64,000 nt of DNA from Bdellovibrionota bacterium. Its GTDB lineage: Bacteria; Bdellovibrionota; Bacteriovoracia; Bacteriovoracales; Bacteriovoracaceae. The DNA is taken from the NCBI GenBank assembly GCA_036336775.1, contig JAYZFM010000042.1:9945-73944 (forward strand), given 5' to 3'. The position numbers and the translations under genes are program-made. Every line of letters starts with the position of its first letter. Position 1 is the first letter of the stretch. The notes beneath the pieces are model-generated. The model was not told where the DNA came from and did no database searches. It was given only the letters and a program-made list of their open reading frames with translations. Shown here one piece after another: positions 46,581 to 54,759 of this stretch.

Positions 46581-46645
46581 TGTTGATCGTAAAAGAAATG
46601 CCATCAGGATGATTTTAACCCTCTCAGACTTCAAAGGAGTTTAGG

Positions 46646-47116
46646 ATGAACCAGCTTAACCGTCAAAAATTCATGAACATGTTCAACGACATGCTTAATG
46701 ACCGAGGTGGCAACCACTCACTTAATCAATTTGCAACAGATGTTAAAGGTGATGAAGTGGACTTTGCAACTCAGCAAAAAGAGCAAGCACTCGGCCAGAG
46801 ACTTGATCAGAGAAATGTTTTATTCCTAAGGAAAGTTGAGCAAGCAAAACAAAAAATTCTAGAAGGTACATTTGGTCTATGTGAAGACTGTGGTTGTGAA
46901 ATAAACCAGAGAAGATTACTTGCAAGACCAACAGCAACTCTTTGCATAGATTGCCAAGAAGATAAAGAAAGATCAGAGTCAGTTCTGATTGGTAAAAGAA
47001 GAGATTTAAAAGGTAAAAAATTCGACGAGGCCGATCCTGAGTCTCACTTAAGAGCTGAACCAAAATTTAGCAATGTGCGAGATATTGGGTTCGAAAGCGT
47101 AGTCGGAGATATGTAG
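46646..47116 (+). CDS. DksA/TraR-family C4 zinc-finger regulator
   Basis: Coiled-coil N-terminal half, then CEDCGCEI-x17-CIDCQ. Confidence 0.75.
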   Translation: MNQLNRQKFMNMFNDMLNDRGGNHSLNQFATDVKGDEVDFATQQKEQALGQRLDQRNVLFLRKVEQAKQKILEGTFGLCEDCGCEINQRRLLARPTATLCIDCQEDKERSESVLIGKRRDLKGKKFDEADPESHLRAEPKFSNVRDIGFESVVGDM

Positions 47117-47138
47117 TTTTTTTCCCCTGTGTTGTTTG

Positions 47139-47168
47139 AAAGCCTGTGGATGGTCCACAGGCTTTTTT
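47139..47168. terminator. bidirectional intrinsic terminator between the dksA-like gene and htpG
   Basis: Stem aaagcctgtgg / ccacaggcttt with a 5-nt loop, and T6 on the + side. Confidence 0.75.
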
Positions 47169-47177
47169 ATGTTTTAA

Positions 47178-49100
47178 TTATAGAGCTAAATTTGAAAGCT
47201 CACTCATAAGATCTTGTGAGCGCATGACAAAATCTTTTCTTCCATTCTCATCAAGTCCCTCTCCTGAGATGGCTGCAAGGTCTTGGATATGATGGGCAAG
47301 TTTATCAGCAAGATCTTTTTTGTTCTCTGATAACTTAAGCGTATTTTGTACAAGTACATGCGATGGGTTTACTACCAACGTCTTTTTTGTCGGCATATTA
47401 AAATTTGCATTCCCCATCTGACGAGTCATATTTGCAAAACGCTTCATTTGCTCATCAACTTTAAAGTAAGCTGCCGTTTTAGAATTTTTAAAGTTTCTTA
47501 CTTCAACTTCCATTTGAGAAGGCTCTTTCTCATCTTTTTCACCTACTAAAAAGCTAGTGAATAGATCTTTAACTTTCACATCATCAGCAGAAGCAGCTTG
47601 AGTTTCAAGAATTTCTTCAATCGCATTATCTACTAATTGATACTTAATAGCGTTATCACCTTGCGCTTGCATTTCTGTGTGTTGCATGAAGTGAGGATCA
47701 ATATAAGAGTCAGTTGAAATAGCGTGAATTCCTTCTTCTAATAACTGCGCTCTAAGACTTGAGTCACTGATATTTTCTTCAAAATAAATTACTTTGCCTT
47801 TCATCTTTTCTTTATAAGACTCAGGAACTTGCTCAGAGTACTCATTTAATGTGACAAGTTTATTTTCAGAGTTCTTAAAAAGAACCTTATCTCGCATATA
47901 CTCATCAAATTTAGGGTCACTTACTACACCGTACTTAACGAAAAGCCCGATATCTTCCCAAGCATTGTCGTATCTCTCTCTTTCATTTTTAAAAAGCTTT
48001 TTTAGTGATTCAGAAACCTTCTTAACGATATAGTTTGAAATCTTTTTAATATTCGGATCACCCTGAAGAGCTGATCTTGAAACATTAAGTGGTATATCTG
48101 TAGAATCAATAGCACCTTTAAGAAGTCCTAAGAACTCAGGGATAACATCTTTAACATTATCACTTACAAAAACCTGCTTAGAGTAAAGTTTGATATTAGT
48201 ATCATTCACTGGCTTTGAAGGATTCAATTTTGGAAAGTATAAAATCCCTTGAAGTGTAAAAGGATGATCAACATTTAGGTGTAACCAAAAAAGTGGCTCT
48301 TGGTCCATCGGGTATAATTTCTTATAGAAACTTTTATAATCTTCATCAGTTAAAGTTGACGGATCTTTTTTCCAAAGAGGAGTAGTATCGTTGATGATGT
48401 CATTATCAGGAAGAGGTTTTTTATCTTCTTCTTTTTCTGCTTTCGCGTTTTCAGCTGTTACTCTCGCAATCTCATTTAGGTCTTTTAGATAAATTGAATA
48501 AGGCATGAAATCGCAGTAGCGAGTAAGTGTTTCTCTCGTTTTCCAAGTGTTTAAGAAATCAGCACTTTCTTCATTGATATAAAGAGTGATCTCAGTTCCT
48601 ACATCTTCTTTGTCTGAAGTTTCAAAACTGTATTCAGTATCACCTTCACAAATCCATTTCGCAGGTTTGGCACCTTCATTCATTGAAAGAGATTCGACTT
48701 CAACTTTGCTAGCAACCATGAAAGCAGAATAGAAACCTAAACCAAATTTTCCGATGATATCATTTTTCTCCTCACCAGAATCTTTCATTTTTTGAACGAA
48801 TTCCTCAGCTCCAGAAAATGCTAGTTGAGCGATATATTTTTCAATCTCTTCTTCATTCATTCCAAGACCATTATCTTTAAAAGTAATTGTCTTAGCTTCT
48901 TGATCTATTAGAACTTCAACTTTTCCAGTTGGAGTTTCTTGGCCGTTAGCGCGAGCCAATGTGTGTCTCTTTGTGATGGCATCACAAGCATTTGAAACAA
49001 GCTCTCTCACAAAAATATCATGCTCTGAATAAAGCCATTTTTTGATGATCGGGAAGATATCAGTGGTGTTAACCGAAATTGTACCAGTACGGGCAGTCAT
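47178..49100 (-). CDS. htpG: molecular chaperone HtpG (Hsp90)
   Basis: GHKL ATPase motifs FVRELVSNACDA and GKFGLGFYSAFMV. 640 aa. Confidence 0.95.
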   Translation of the reverse strand: MTARTGTISVNTTDIFPIIKKWLYSEHDIFVRELVSNACDAITKRHTLARANGQETPTGKVEVLIDQEAKTITFKDNGLGMNEEEIEKYIAQLAFSGAEEFVQKMKDSGEEKNDIIGKFGLGFYSAFMVASKVEVESLSMNEGAKPAKWICEGDTEYSFETSDKEDVGTEITLYINEESADFLNTWKTRETLTRYCDFMPYSIYLKDLNEIARVTAENAKAEKEEDKKPLPDNDIINDTTPLWKKDPSTLTDEDYKSFYKKLYPMDQEPLFWLHLNVDHPFTLQGILYFPKLNPSKPVNDTNIKLYSKQVFVSDNVKDVIPEFLGLLKGAIDSTDIPLNVSRSALQGDPNIKKISNYIVKKVSESLKKLFKNERERYDNAWEDIGLFVKYGVVSDPKFDEYMRDKVLFKNSENKLVTLNEYSEQVPESYKEKMKGKVIYFEENISDSSLRAQLLEEGIHAISTDSYIDPHFMQHTEMQAQGDNAIKYQLVDNAIEEILETQAASADDVKVKDLFTSFLVGEKDEKEPSQMEVEVRNFKNSKTAAYFKVDEQMKRFANMTRQMGNANFNMPTKKTLVVNPSHVLVQNTLKLSENKKDLADKLAHHIQDLAAISGEGLDENGRKDFVMRSQDLMSELSNLAL

Positions 49101-49138
49101 GCTTACTCCTTGAATTTCTTACATTTTTATAGACAAAA

Positions 49139-49159
49139 ACAATATGGTGGCCATATTGT
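49139..49159. promoter_or_regulatory. perfect 9-3-9 inverted repeat (candidate operator)
   Basis: ACAATATGG-TGG-CCATATTGT lies in the htpG / asparaginase-like divergent intergenic region. Confidence 0.5.
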
Positions 49160-49170
49160 TAGAGTCAAGT
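49142..49170 (-). promoter_or_regulatory. candidate sigma-32-type heat-shock promoter of htpG
   Basis: The minus strand reads CTTGAC-N14-CCACCATAT, against the consensus CTTGAAA-N13-15-CCCCATnT. It lies about 40 nt upstream of the htpG ATG, with RBS aaggag in between. Confidence 0.35.
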
Positions 49171-49186
49171 AGGAGACCTCGAAAAA

Positions 49187-49708
49187 ATGCAAAAAAACCA
49201 ATGGCGCAGGGTGCATATCATCACAACTGGTGGCACGATCGAAAAAACTTATGATGAGCAAGATGGGACACTTTTTAACCGTGAAACCATCATCCATAAA
49301 CGTTTGAATCAAAAGATCAGGCTCCCGTATACTGAGCTCAAAGTAAGTGCGCTTATGGCCAAGGATTCTCTTGATATGAATCAATCTGATAGAGAGGTTA
49401 TCCGAGATAAAATTCAAGAACTCCTACCTGATGGTCATCCGATCGTTATTCTTCACGGTACCGATACCATGCAACACACCGCTGAATTAGTGGCCGAAAC
49501 TATAAAAGATCCTAAAGTAGCGATTGTATTTACTGGAGCGATGAAACCACTGGGTTTTGAAGACTCAGATGCTCTTCAAAATGTGACGGAAGCACTCATG
49601 GCCTGCCAGATCATCGATTCCGGGACCTTTATTTGCTTTCATAATAGGTTATATACGGTGCCGGGAGTGCGAAAAAATCGCGAGAAAGGAACTTTTGAGC
49701 AGTTTTAA
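49187..49708 (+). CDS. asparaginase N-terminal-domain protein (half-size)
   Basis: ITTGGTIEK (Thr nucleophile) and LHGTDTM motifs. Only 173 aa, so no C-terminal domain. Confidence 0.6.
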   Translation: MQKNQWRRVHIITTGGTIEKTYDEQDGTLFNRETIIHKRLNQKIRLPYTELKVSALMAKDSLDMNQSDREVIRDKIQELLPDGHPIVILHGTDTMQHTAELVAETIKDPKVAIVFTGAMKPLGFEDSDALQNVTEALMACQIIDSGTFICFHNRLYTVPGVRKNREKGTFEQF

Positions 49709-49785
49709 ACTGTTACTTTTCTAACACCTCTCTCAATTTTATTCATAGCTATTATTATATTTCAATGACTTGGCATTATATCTCT

Positions 49786-49801
49786 TGGCATTGCTCTTGC
49801 T
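49786..49801 (+). promoter_or_regulatory. candidate sigma-54 (-24/-12) promoter
   Basis: TGGCAT-TGCTC-TTGCT has GG-N10-GC spacing. It lies 30 nt upstream of the ATG at 49832, with RBS gaggagag between them. Confidence 0.45.
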
Positions 49802-49831
49802 CTATTAAGGTAAAATATAGAGGAGAGAGAA

Positions 49832-50419
49832 ATGAAAAATTTAATTTGTTCGGCCTTACTTTTATTTATAGTATCAAGTCTGCGTGCTGAGAGCGTGAAA
49901 GTACAAATTTCTAAAGACGTCGTGAGGAAAAATCAATATAGGCTAAGTGGTGTAACCTTTAATGCCAACTCAAATGAAATAAAAGAAAGGATGTTGAAAC
50001 AGCTTGGTGAAGGATACAGCTTTACCGAAGAGTCAGGGACTGTATTTGTTAGCTTTTACTGGGGACCTGAAGTTAAAGGTGAAATTAATGGTGATAGAAT
50101 TATTGGTATGGAAGTTGGCGAAATCATCGGAAACGCTAAAGTAGAAAATAAGGAGTGTATTCTAGAACTCCAGGCCCATAAGTCTGGAGATCCGGAAGTG
50201 GGGGTATTTTTAGGTATAAAAGGATATAAAGTACTGGGTGCTGTCTCTCGTGAAGCTGGAAAGAAATGTCTACCGGAGCTTATTCGTAAACTTTCGTTTA
50301 TGGGAAATATACAAATGAAAGGCGATTTATTAATGGAAGAAACCGTTTCTTATACTTATGAAAAAGCTAGCGATTTAATGGGTAAAGGCAGCCCTGTAAA
50401 TGAAGTAACAGTTGAATAA
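49832..50419 (+). CDS. secreted hypothetical protein
   Basis: Signal peptide MKNLICSALLLFIVSSLRA. Confidence 0.55.
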   Translation: MKNLICSALLLFIVSSLRAESVKVQISKDVVRKNQYRLSGVTFNANSNEIKERMLKQLGEGYSFTEESGTVFVSFYWGPEVKGEINGDRIIGMEVGEIIGNAKVENKECILELQAHKSGDPEVGVFLGIKGYKVLGAVSREAGKKCLPELIRKLSFMGNIQMKGDLLMEETVSYTYEKASDLMGKGSPVNEVTVE

Positions 50420-50506
50420 TCAATAAAACTCGGAGCTAGGGGGTCTTCCTAGCTCTGTATATTCTATACATCTTATTTTCAAATCAAAATTCTTGGGTAG
50501 ATTGCA

Positions 50507-51730
50507 GTGATGTTTAAATTGTCACTATTATCCCTATTCATTTTTTGTACTCAGGTGATGGCCAAGCCATTTTCATTTGTGCCTTACGCTCCGAGTGCAA
50601 CGAGCTTTAATGGCGTCAGTTTTCCACGGAATGCGGCCATCTCTTATCGTGGGGTAGAACCTAAGCTTTACTCATTTGAAGATGCTATGGCGGCGATTTT
50701 CGGTGATAGCACTCGCAATATAGAATCAATGATGATGAGTGCAATCAAACTTCGTTTGATGGGTAAACTCGATGATGATGAAAATAGCTATTTAAAATAT
50801 AAAACTAGAGGTGATTGGTGGAGACGTGACCTCAACGATAAAAAAATTGAGGACGTGATTGAAGATACAATCAATAAAAACGGTGGGTATCTAAGTGAAG
50901 ATCGCGCTGTTGCTTTGGCCAAGGACCTAATTAATCAAGCCTATTTCCATCAGAAAAAATTAGATCAAACAGGGGATAGCTATCGAACGATCACAGAAAG
51001 AGTCATTGATTATGAATCAGTGAACTACTCTGATTTTCCTCGAGATGTTGTATTTACAGCCTTTTATCAGCGTACCGCTAGTATCTATGGTGCAGGGATA
51101 TTAGTACTTCAAGAAGATAAGTCTCATCCTAGAGCACTTGATTTAACCTTCTGGAACTATGTCATTAATGGTGAATGGAAAGGTGGCGCGGATGCAGGAG
51201 AGTTTATTTTTCCTGGTTATGTCGACGCCAGCGAAGTCGTTGGATACGAGCTGCATACACGAGGAAACTATCCTGATAAAACTCAAGGTGGTGTGCGAAT
51301 TGCTGAGTATGGAGTACAAAAAGAAGAGCCTATTGCTATCGCAGCCTATAAGCATGTCTATCAAGGCGAGACATATATCCTTATTTTTGATGGTAATGAC
51401 AAAGACGGCGACGCCCGACAATGCCTGCGTAAAGGGCGTGATCATAAATACTATTTTTGCTACCGCAATTCAGACGTACAGTCATACAATCCAGTGCCAA
51501 AACTATCTGATATCGAAGCCAACTTGATGGGAGTGATAAAACTTTGTGTCGATCCTCAGACCTGTTCAAGACCGGACGGGGTATTTAAGCAGTTTACCTA
51601 TTTTTCTAAGCGAGATCTTCCTTATCTTGATCAGCACGGAAATGGACTAGGGCATGGAGATATCGCTGCTAAGATTAAAAATTTTAAGCTGGGCGGAAAA
51701 TCAGCGGTTTATTTCAAGGCCATACCCTAA
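50507..51730 (+). CDS. secreted hypothetical protein
   Basis: Signal peptide MMFKLSLLSLFIFCTQVMA. Confidence 0.55.
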   Translation: MMFKLSLLSLFIFCTQVMAKPFSFVPYAPSATSFNGVSFPRNAAISYRGVEPKLYSFEDAMAAIFGDSTRNIESMMMSAIKLRLMGKLDDDENSYLKYKTRGDWWRRDLNDKKIEDVIEDTINKNGGYLSEDRAVALAKDLINQAYFHQKKLDQTGDSYRTITERVIDYESVNYSDFPRDVVFTAFYQRTASIYGAGILVLQEDKSHPRALDLTFWNYVINGEWKGGADAGEFIFPGYVDASEVVGYELHTRGNYPDKTQGGVRIAEYGVQKEEPIAIAAYKHVYQGETYILIFDGNDKDGDARQCLRKGRDHKYYFCYRNSDVQSYNPVPKLSDIEANLMGVIKLCVDPQTCSRPDGVFKQFTYFSKRDLPYLDQHGNGLGHGDIAAKIKNFKLGGKSAVYFKAIP

Positions 51731-51795
51731 GTTTTACAGAGATTATTGCAATTTTTTCTCAAAATGGTATTTAGCGTCAAAATTAAGGATTTTGT

Positions 51796-53688
51796 ATGCG
51801 AATAATGCCATTTCTTCTCTTTTTGAGTTTCATATCAGCTAGTGAGGCGAAGCTTAAAATTGCCATAGATTTTGAAGGGGTCCTAGCAAAAAGAGTTCCC
51901 ATTAGATCTCTTAACAACTATCCGGCAAATGATATCGTTAAAGGAAATAATGTTCATATGTATATTCGCCCTGAGACGGCAGATGTTTTAGGAAAAATAT
52001 TAGATAGCGATGAAATCGAGTTGGTGATTGTTAACTCTGATCATCGAATTGATAATCCAGATATCGAAGATTTTATTTCTAACTTCAAAATTAATTCAAA
52101 GTCTTTAAAAGACTTTCCTGTTTCTGTGTATAAAGTGGCAGACCTAGATAAAGGGATCGATCTCTCAAAAATTGAATCAAATCTTTCAAAAATAATCTAT
52201 TTAAAAGATAGCAGTGATAAAGTTCAAATGACTTCTATTGCTAACACTATGACGGTAGGTCCTTTTGATTTTGCTTTTAAAGATTTTAAATCACATGAGT
52301 ATGTGAGAAAGCAAATTGGTTCTAAATTCCCTAATTCCTTTGTTAAAAATCAGCATGAATTTGATCTGAGTCAAAATCGTTGGAGGTTAACTCATAAGTC
52401 ACTGCTGGAAATTTATAAGGAATACCTTCGCGGAAAATCGATTAGAAGTCTTGGAGTAGATAAAATTCAATTTGACCATAACGATTTGAACCAAGCTCCT
52501 AACGAAAGCTTTGCAGTTATTTATAAATGGGATCAAAAAGGCGATGAGTTTGTTTGCTCTCGAGAAAGTCGTGATACCGGAGAAATCTTTTCCGAAGGAG
52601 AGGCAGAGCTTTGTTATGGAAATGAGCAAAAGAATTATTTAAAACTTGCTGATCAAATATCTCAGGAACTTATTGAAGTTAATAAATGTATGGATATTGT
52701 TGTCCCTAAGGTCGCGGACGCTAAGGACCTAAATAAACGCTTAAAAGAATTTTTAGCTGATGTAAAATCCGAGGCCAGTACTCTTGCAGATCCAAGCTAT
52801 ACCGTCTCGGCACTGGTGCGAAATTACAAAGCAGATATGCAAGATATTTTGGATCAATGTAAAAACATCGCTGATGCCAAGGGGATAGCTTTTAGTAATG
52901 ACCATTACTTTCAAAAACTTCTTCGGAAGCCTTATCATCAAATAACACTTGATGAGCTTCTTACACTTTGGTTTCCGCAAGATAGAAAAAAATTAAAAAG
53001 AAATTACTTCGATCACTGCGGAAGAAAAAATGGTAATCCTCACGAGGTGAGAAATAATTATGTAATCGAATCTTGTGCTCCCGATACTCTTTATCGCTGG
53101 AGTGATGATCTATACCTAGGGCTAATGAAAGCTGCGATGCCAGATGGTGGTAATTGGGCGCAAAGACCGAGTGGTGGGCGAACGATATATACTTTTTTAA
53201 GCCCTGCTGTGACTCATGGTTATGGACCTATTGCATTTCGTTTTAAGATTAAACCAGGTGTTAAATTTACCACGACTTCTCAGCATCATTCTAGCTGTGG
53301 TAGCTGGAACCAGACTTCTGCTGATACCGAGATTTATTATAACAATTGGGGTGGGTTGGATGTTGATATCTGTAGTCCTGCCGGAGTGGTTGAGTCTTGG
53401 AGTTATAACACCCGTGAACTTTATGATGAAATCGTTAAAGATTGGCAGTGGAATCAAAGATACTCTCACTCGCAGTCCCTTGTTTATTGGCATGCTCATT
53501 TAAATGAAGATTTGTCTGGTAGAATTGATGGTCATCAATTTGGTGCCGAGGTCATGAGGTCACGCCTGTATGGAATTGCAAAAGCTATTCTCTCTGGTGA
53601 TGGAGGAGTATTTACCCCAAGTGGAGAGGCTATTAAAAAAGATCGTCATTATAAAACAGGTAAAGCCTATTACGCTAATGAAGAATAA
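51796..53688 (+). CDS. secreted hypothetical protein with a C-terminal domain shared with 57243..59495
   Basis: Signal peptide MRIMPFLLFLSFISASEA. The C-terminal motifs LYRWSDD, GRTIYTFLSPAVTHGYGPIAFRFKI and VVESWS parallel the N-terminus of the 750-aa protein. Confidence 0.55.
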   Translation: MRIMPFLLFLSFISASEAKLKIAIDFEGVLAKRVPIRSLNNYPANDIVKGNNVHMYIRPETADVLGKILDSDEIELVIVNSDHRIDNPDIEDFISNFKINSKSLKDFPVSVYKVADLDKGIDLSKIESNLSKIIYLKDSSDKVQMTSIANTMTVGPFDFAFKDFKSHEYVRKQIGSKFPNSFVKNQHEFDLSQNRWRLTHKSLLEIYKEYLRGKSIRSLGVDKIQFDHNDLNQAPNESFAVIYKWDQKGDEFVCSRESRDTGEIFSEGEAELCYGNEQKNYLKLADQISQELIEVNKCMDIVVPKVADAKDLNKRLKEFLADVKSEASTLADPSYTVSALVRNYKADMQDILDQCKNIADAKGIAFSNDHYFQKLLRKPYHQITLDELLTLWFPQDRKKLKRNYFDHCGRKNGNPHEVRNNYVIESCAPDTLYRWSDDLYLGLMKAAMPDGGNWAQRPSGGRTIYTFLSPAVTHGYGPIAFRFKIKPGVKFTTTSQHHSSCGSWNQTSADTEIYYNNWGGLDVDICSPAGVVESWSYNTRELYDEIVKDWQWNQRYSHSQSLVYWHAHLNEDLSGRIDGHQFGAEVMRSRLYGIAKAILSGDGGVFTPSGEAIKKDRHYKTGKAYYANEE

Positions 53689-53700
53689 TTTGGAGAAATT

Positions 53701-53952
53701 ATGAAAAGAATTTTAGTCTTAAGTTTGATGATGAGTGCAATAAAGGCGATGGCCGTGAGTTCTACCTGTTTAGAACCTGCTGGGCAATACACAGACAAGG
53801 AAATGGTGCTAGATCAATTCGTTCGTGGCAATGGTAATCCTAATTGGGGAGACTGGTGTTATGATAGTGGTTATGAGGCGCAAGAAGTGGCCAGCTGTAA
53901 CCAAGAGTTAGATGCCTGGGACAACTGGCTCGAATGTTCTGATTACTTATAA
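53701..53952 (+). CDS. small secreted Cys-containing protein
   Basis: Signal peptide MKRILVLSLMMSAIKAMA. It lies 12 nt after the upstream gene. Confidence 0.5.
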   Translation: MKRILVLSLMMSAIKAMAVSSTCLEPAGQYTDKEMVLDQFVRGNGNPNWGDWCYDSGYEAQEVASCNQELDAWDNWLECSDYL

Positions 53953-53953
53953 T

Positions 53954-54196
53954 CTATTTTTTTTCAGTATGAGGTCCTTCACAGTCATGGGTTTTTCCCT
54001 CTGATTGGTGATGGTGATGACCATCATGCTCATAGTCTGTGTGGTCTCCGTGCTTTTCAGCTTTGTGGCCACAGTCAGCTTTGTGAGTATGCTCGTGTTT
54101 TTCATGATTCTTGTGAGCATGTTCCTGAGTTTTTGATTCCTCTGCAAAAAGGCTAAATGAAGCCATCAAAAGAAGACTTAATCCAATTGATTTCAT
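53954..54196 (-). CDS. secreted histidine-rich (putative metal-binding) protein
   Basis: Signal peptide MKSIGLSLLLMASFSLFA. The 62-aa mature region contains 16 His (including HHHH) and 2 Cys. Confidence 0.65.
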   Translation of the reverse strand: MKSIGLSLLLMASFSLFAEESKTQEHAHKNHEKHEHTHKADCGHKAEKHGDHTDYEHDGHHHHQSEGKTHDCEGPHTEKK

Positions 54197-54354
54197 TTTG
54201 TTCTCCGTTTTTGTTTGTAATATCAGTATTTTATCATGGTTTTGATTTCTGTCTAAATTTTTGACACCAAGGTTGTTATTTCAATTGAGCTAACTTTCCT
54301 CGCCAATTTTTGATAGCTTTATTTTATTTGAAAGATGCTTAAAAAGGACGGTTT

Positions 54355-54750
54355 ATGAAAAGACTACTCATGCTAACTATTGCAATGACTACACTTAATG
54401 TGATGGCGGAAATTCCTGCCGATACCCACCTTGGTTGTCAACTCTACACTGGAGAGCCATTAGTTTTTAAAGACCTTACTAAGTTTAGTATTTCAAAAAA
54501 ACATGAAGATGGAACCCGAACTCTAGAGGCATACTCTGCAGAAACTGAAGATGGTTCGTCACTCTTTGGAGAGTGTTCAGATGATTTTGAAACAGGCGGA
54601 CTAACATGCTCTTATACCAGCTCAAAAGGCAAGGAACTTACTGTCACTTTAGATGACTTAAGAACGAATGAAATTGAAGGGGTCGTTATTTACGATAGAT
54701 TGATGTTTGATCCTGAGCACGAAGTAAGTTGTAATCTTTTAACCTTTTAG
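54355..54750 (+). CDS. small secreted hypothetical protein
   Basis: Signal peptide MKRLLMLTIAMTTLNVMA. Confidence 0.5.
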   Translation: MKRLLMLTIAMTTLNVMAEIPADTHLGCQLYTGEPLVFKDLTKFSISKKHEDGTRTLEAYSAETEDGSSLFGECSDDFETGGLTCSYTSSKGKELTVTLDDLRTNEIEGVVIYDRLMFDPEHEVSCNLLTF

Positions 54751-54759
54751 GATTTTAAA

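Noticed and set aside
53947-54147. An alternative-frame 66-aa ORF overlapping the His-rich gene.
   Set aside because: The 53954..54196 frame has a canonical signal peptide and a coherent His-rich composition. The alternative frame has neither.
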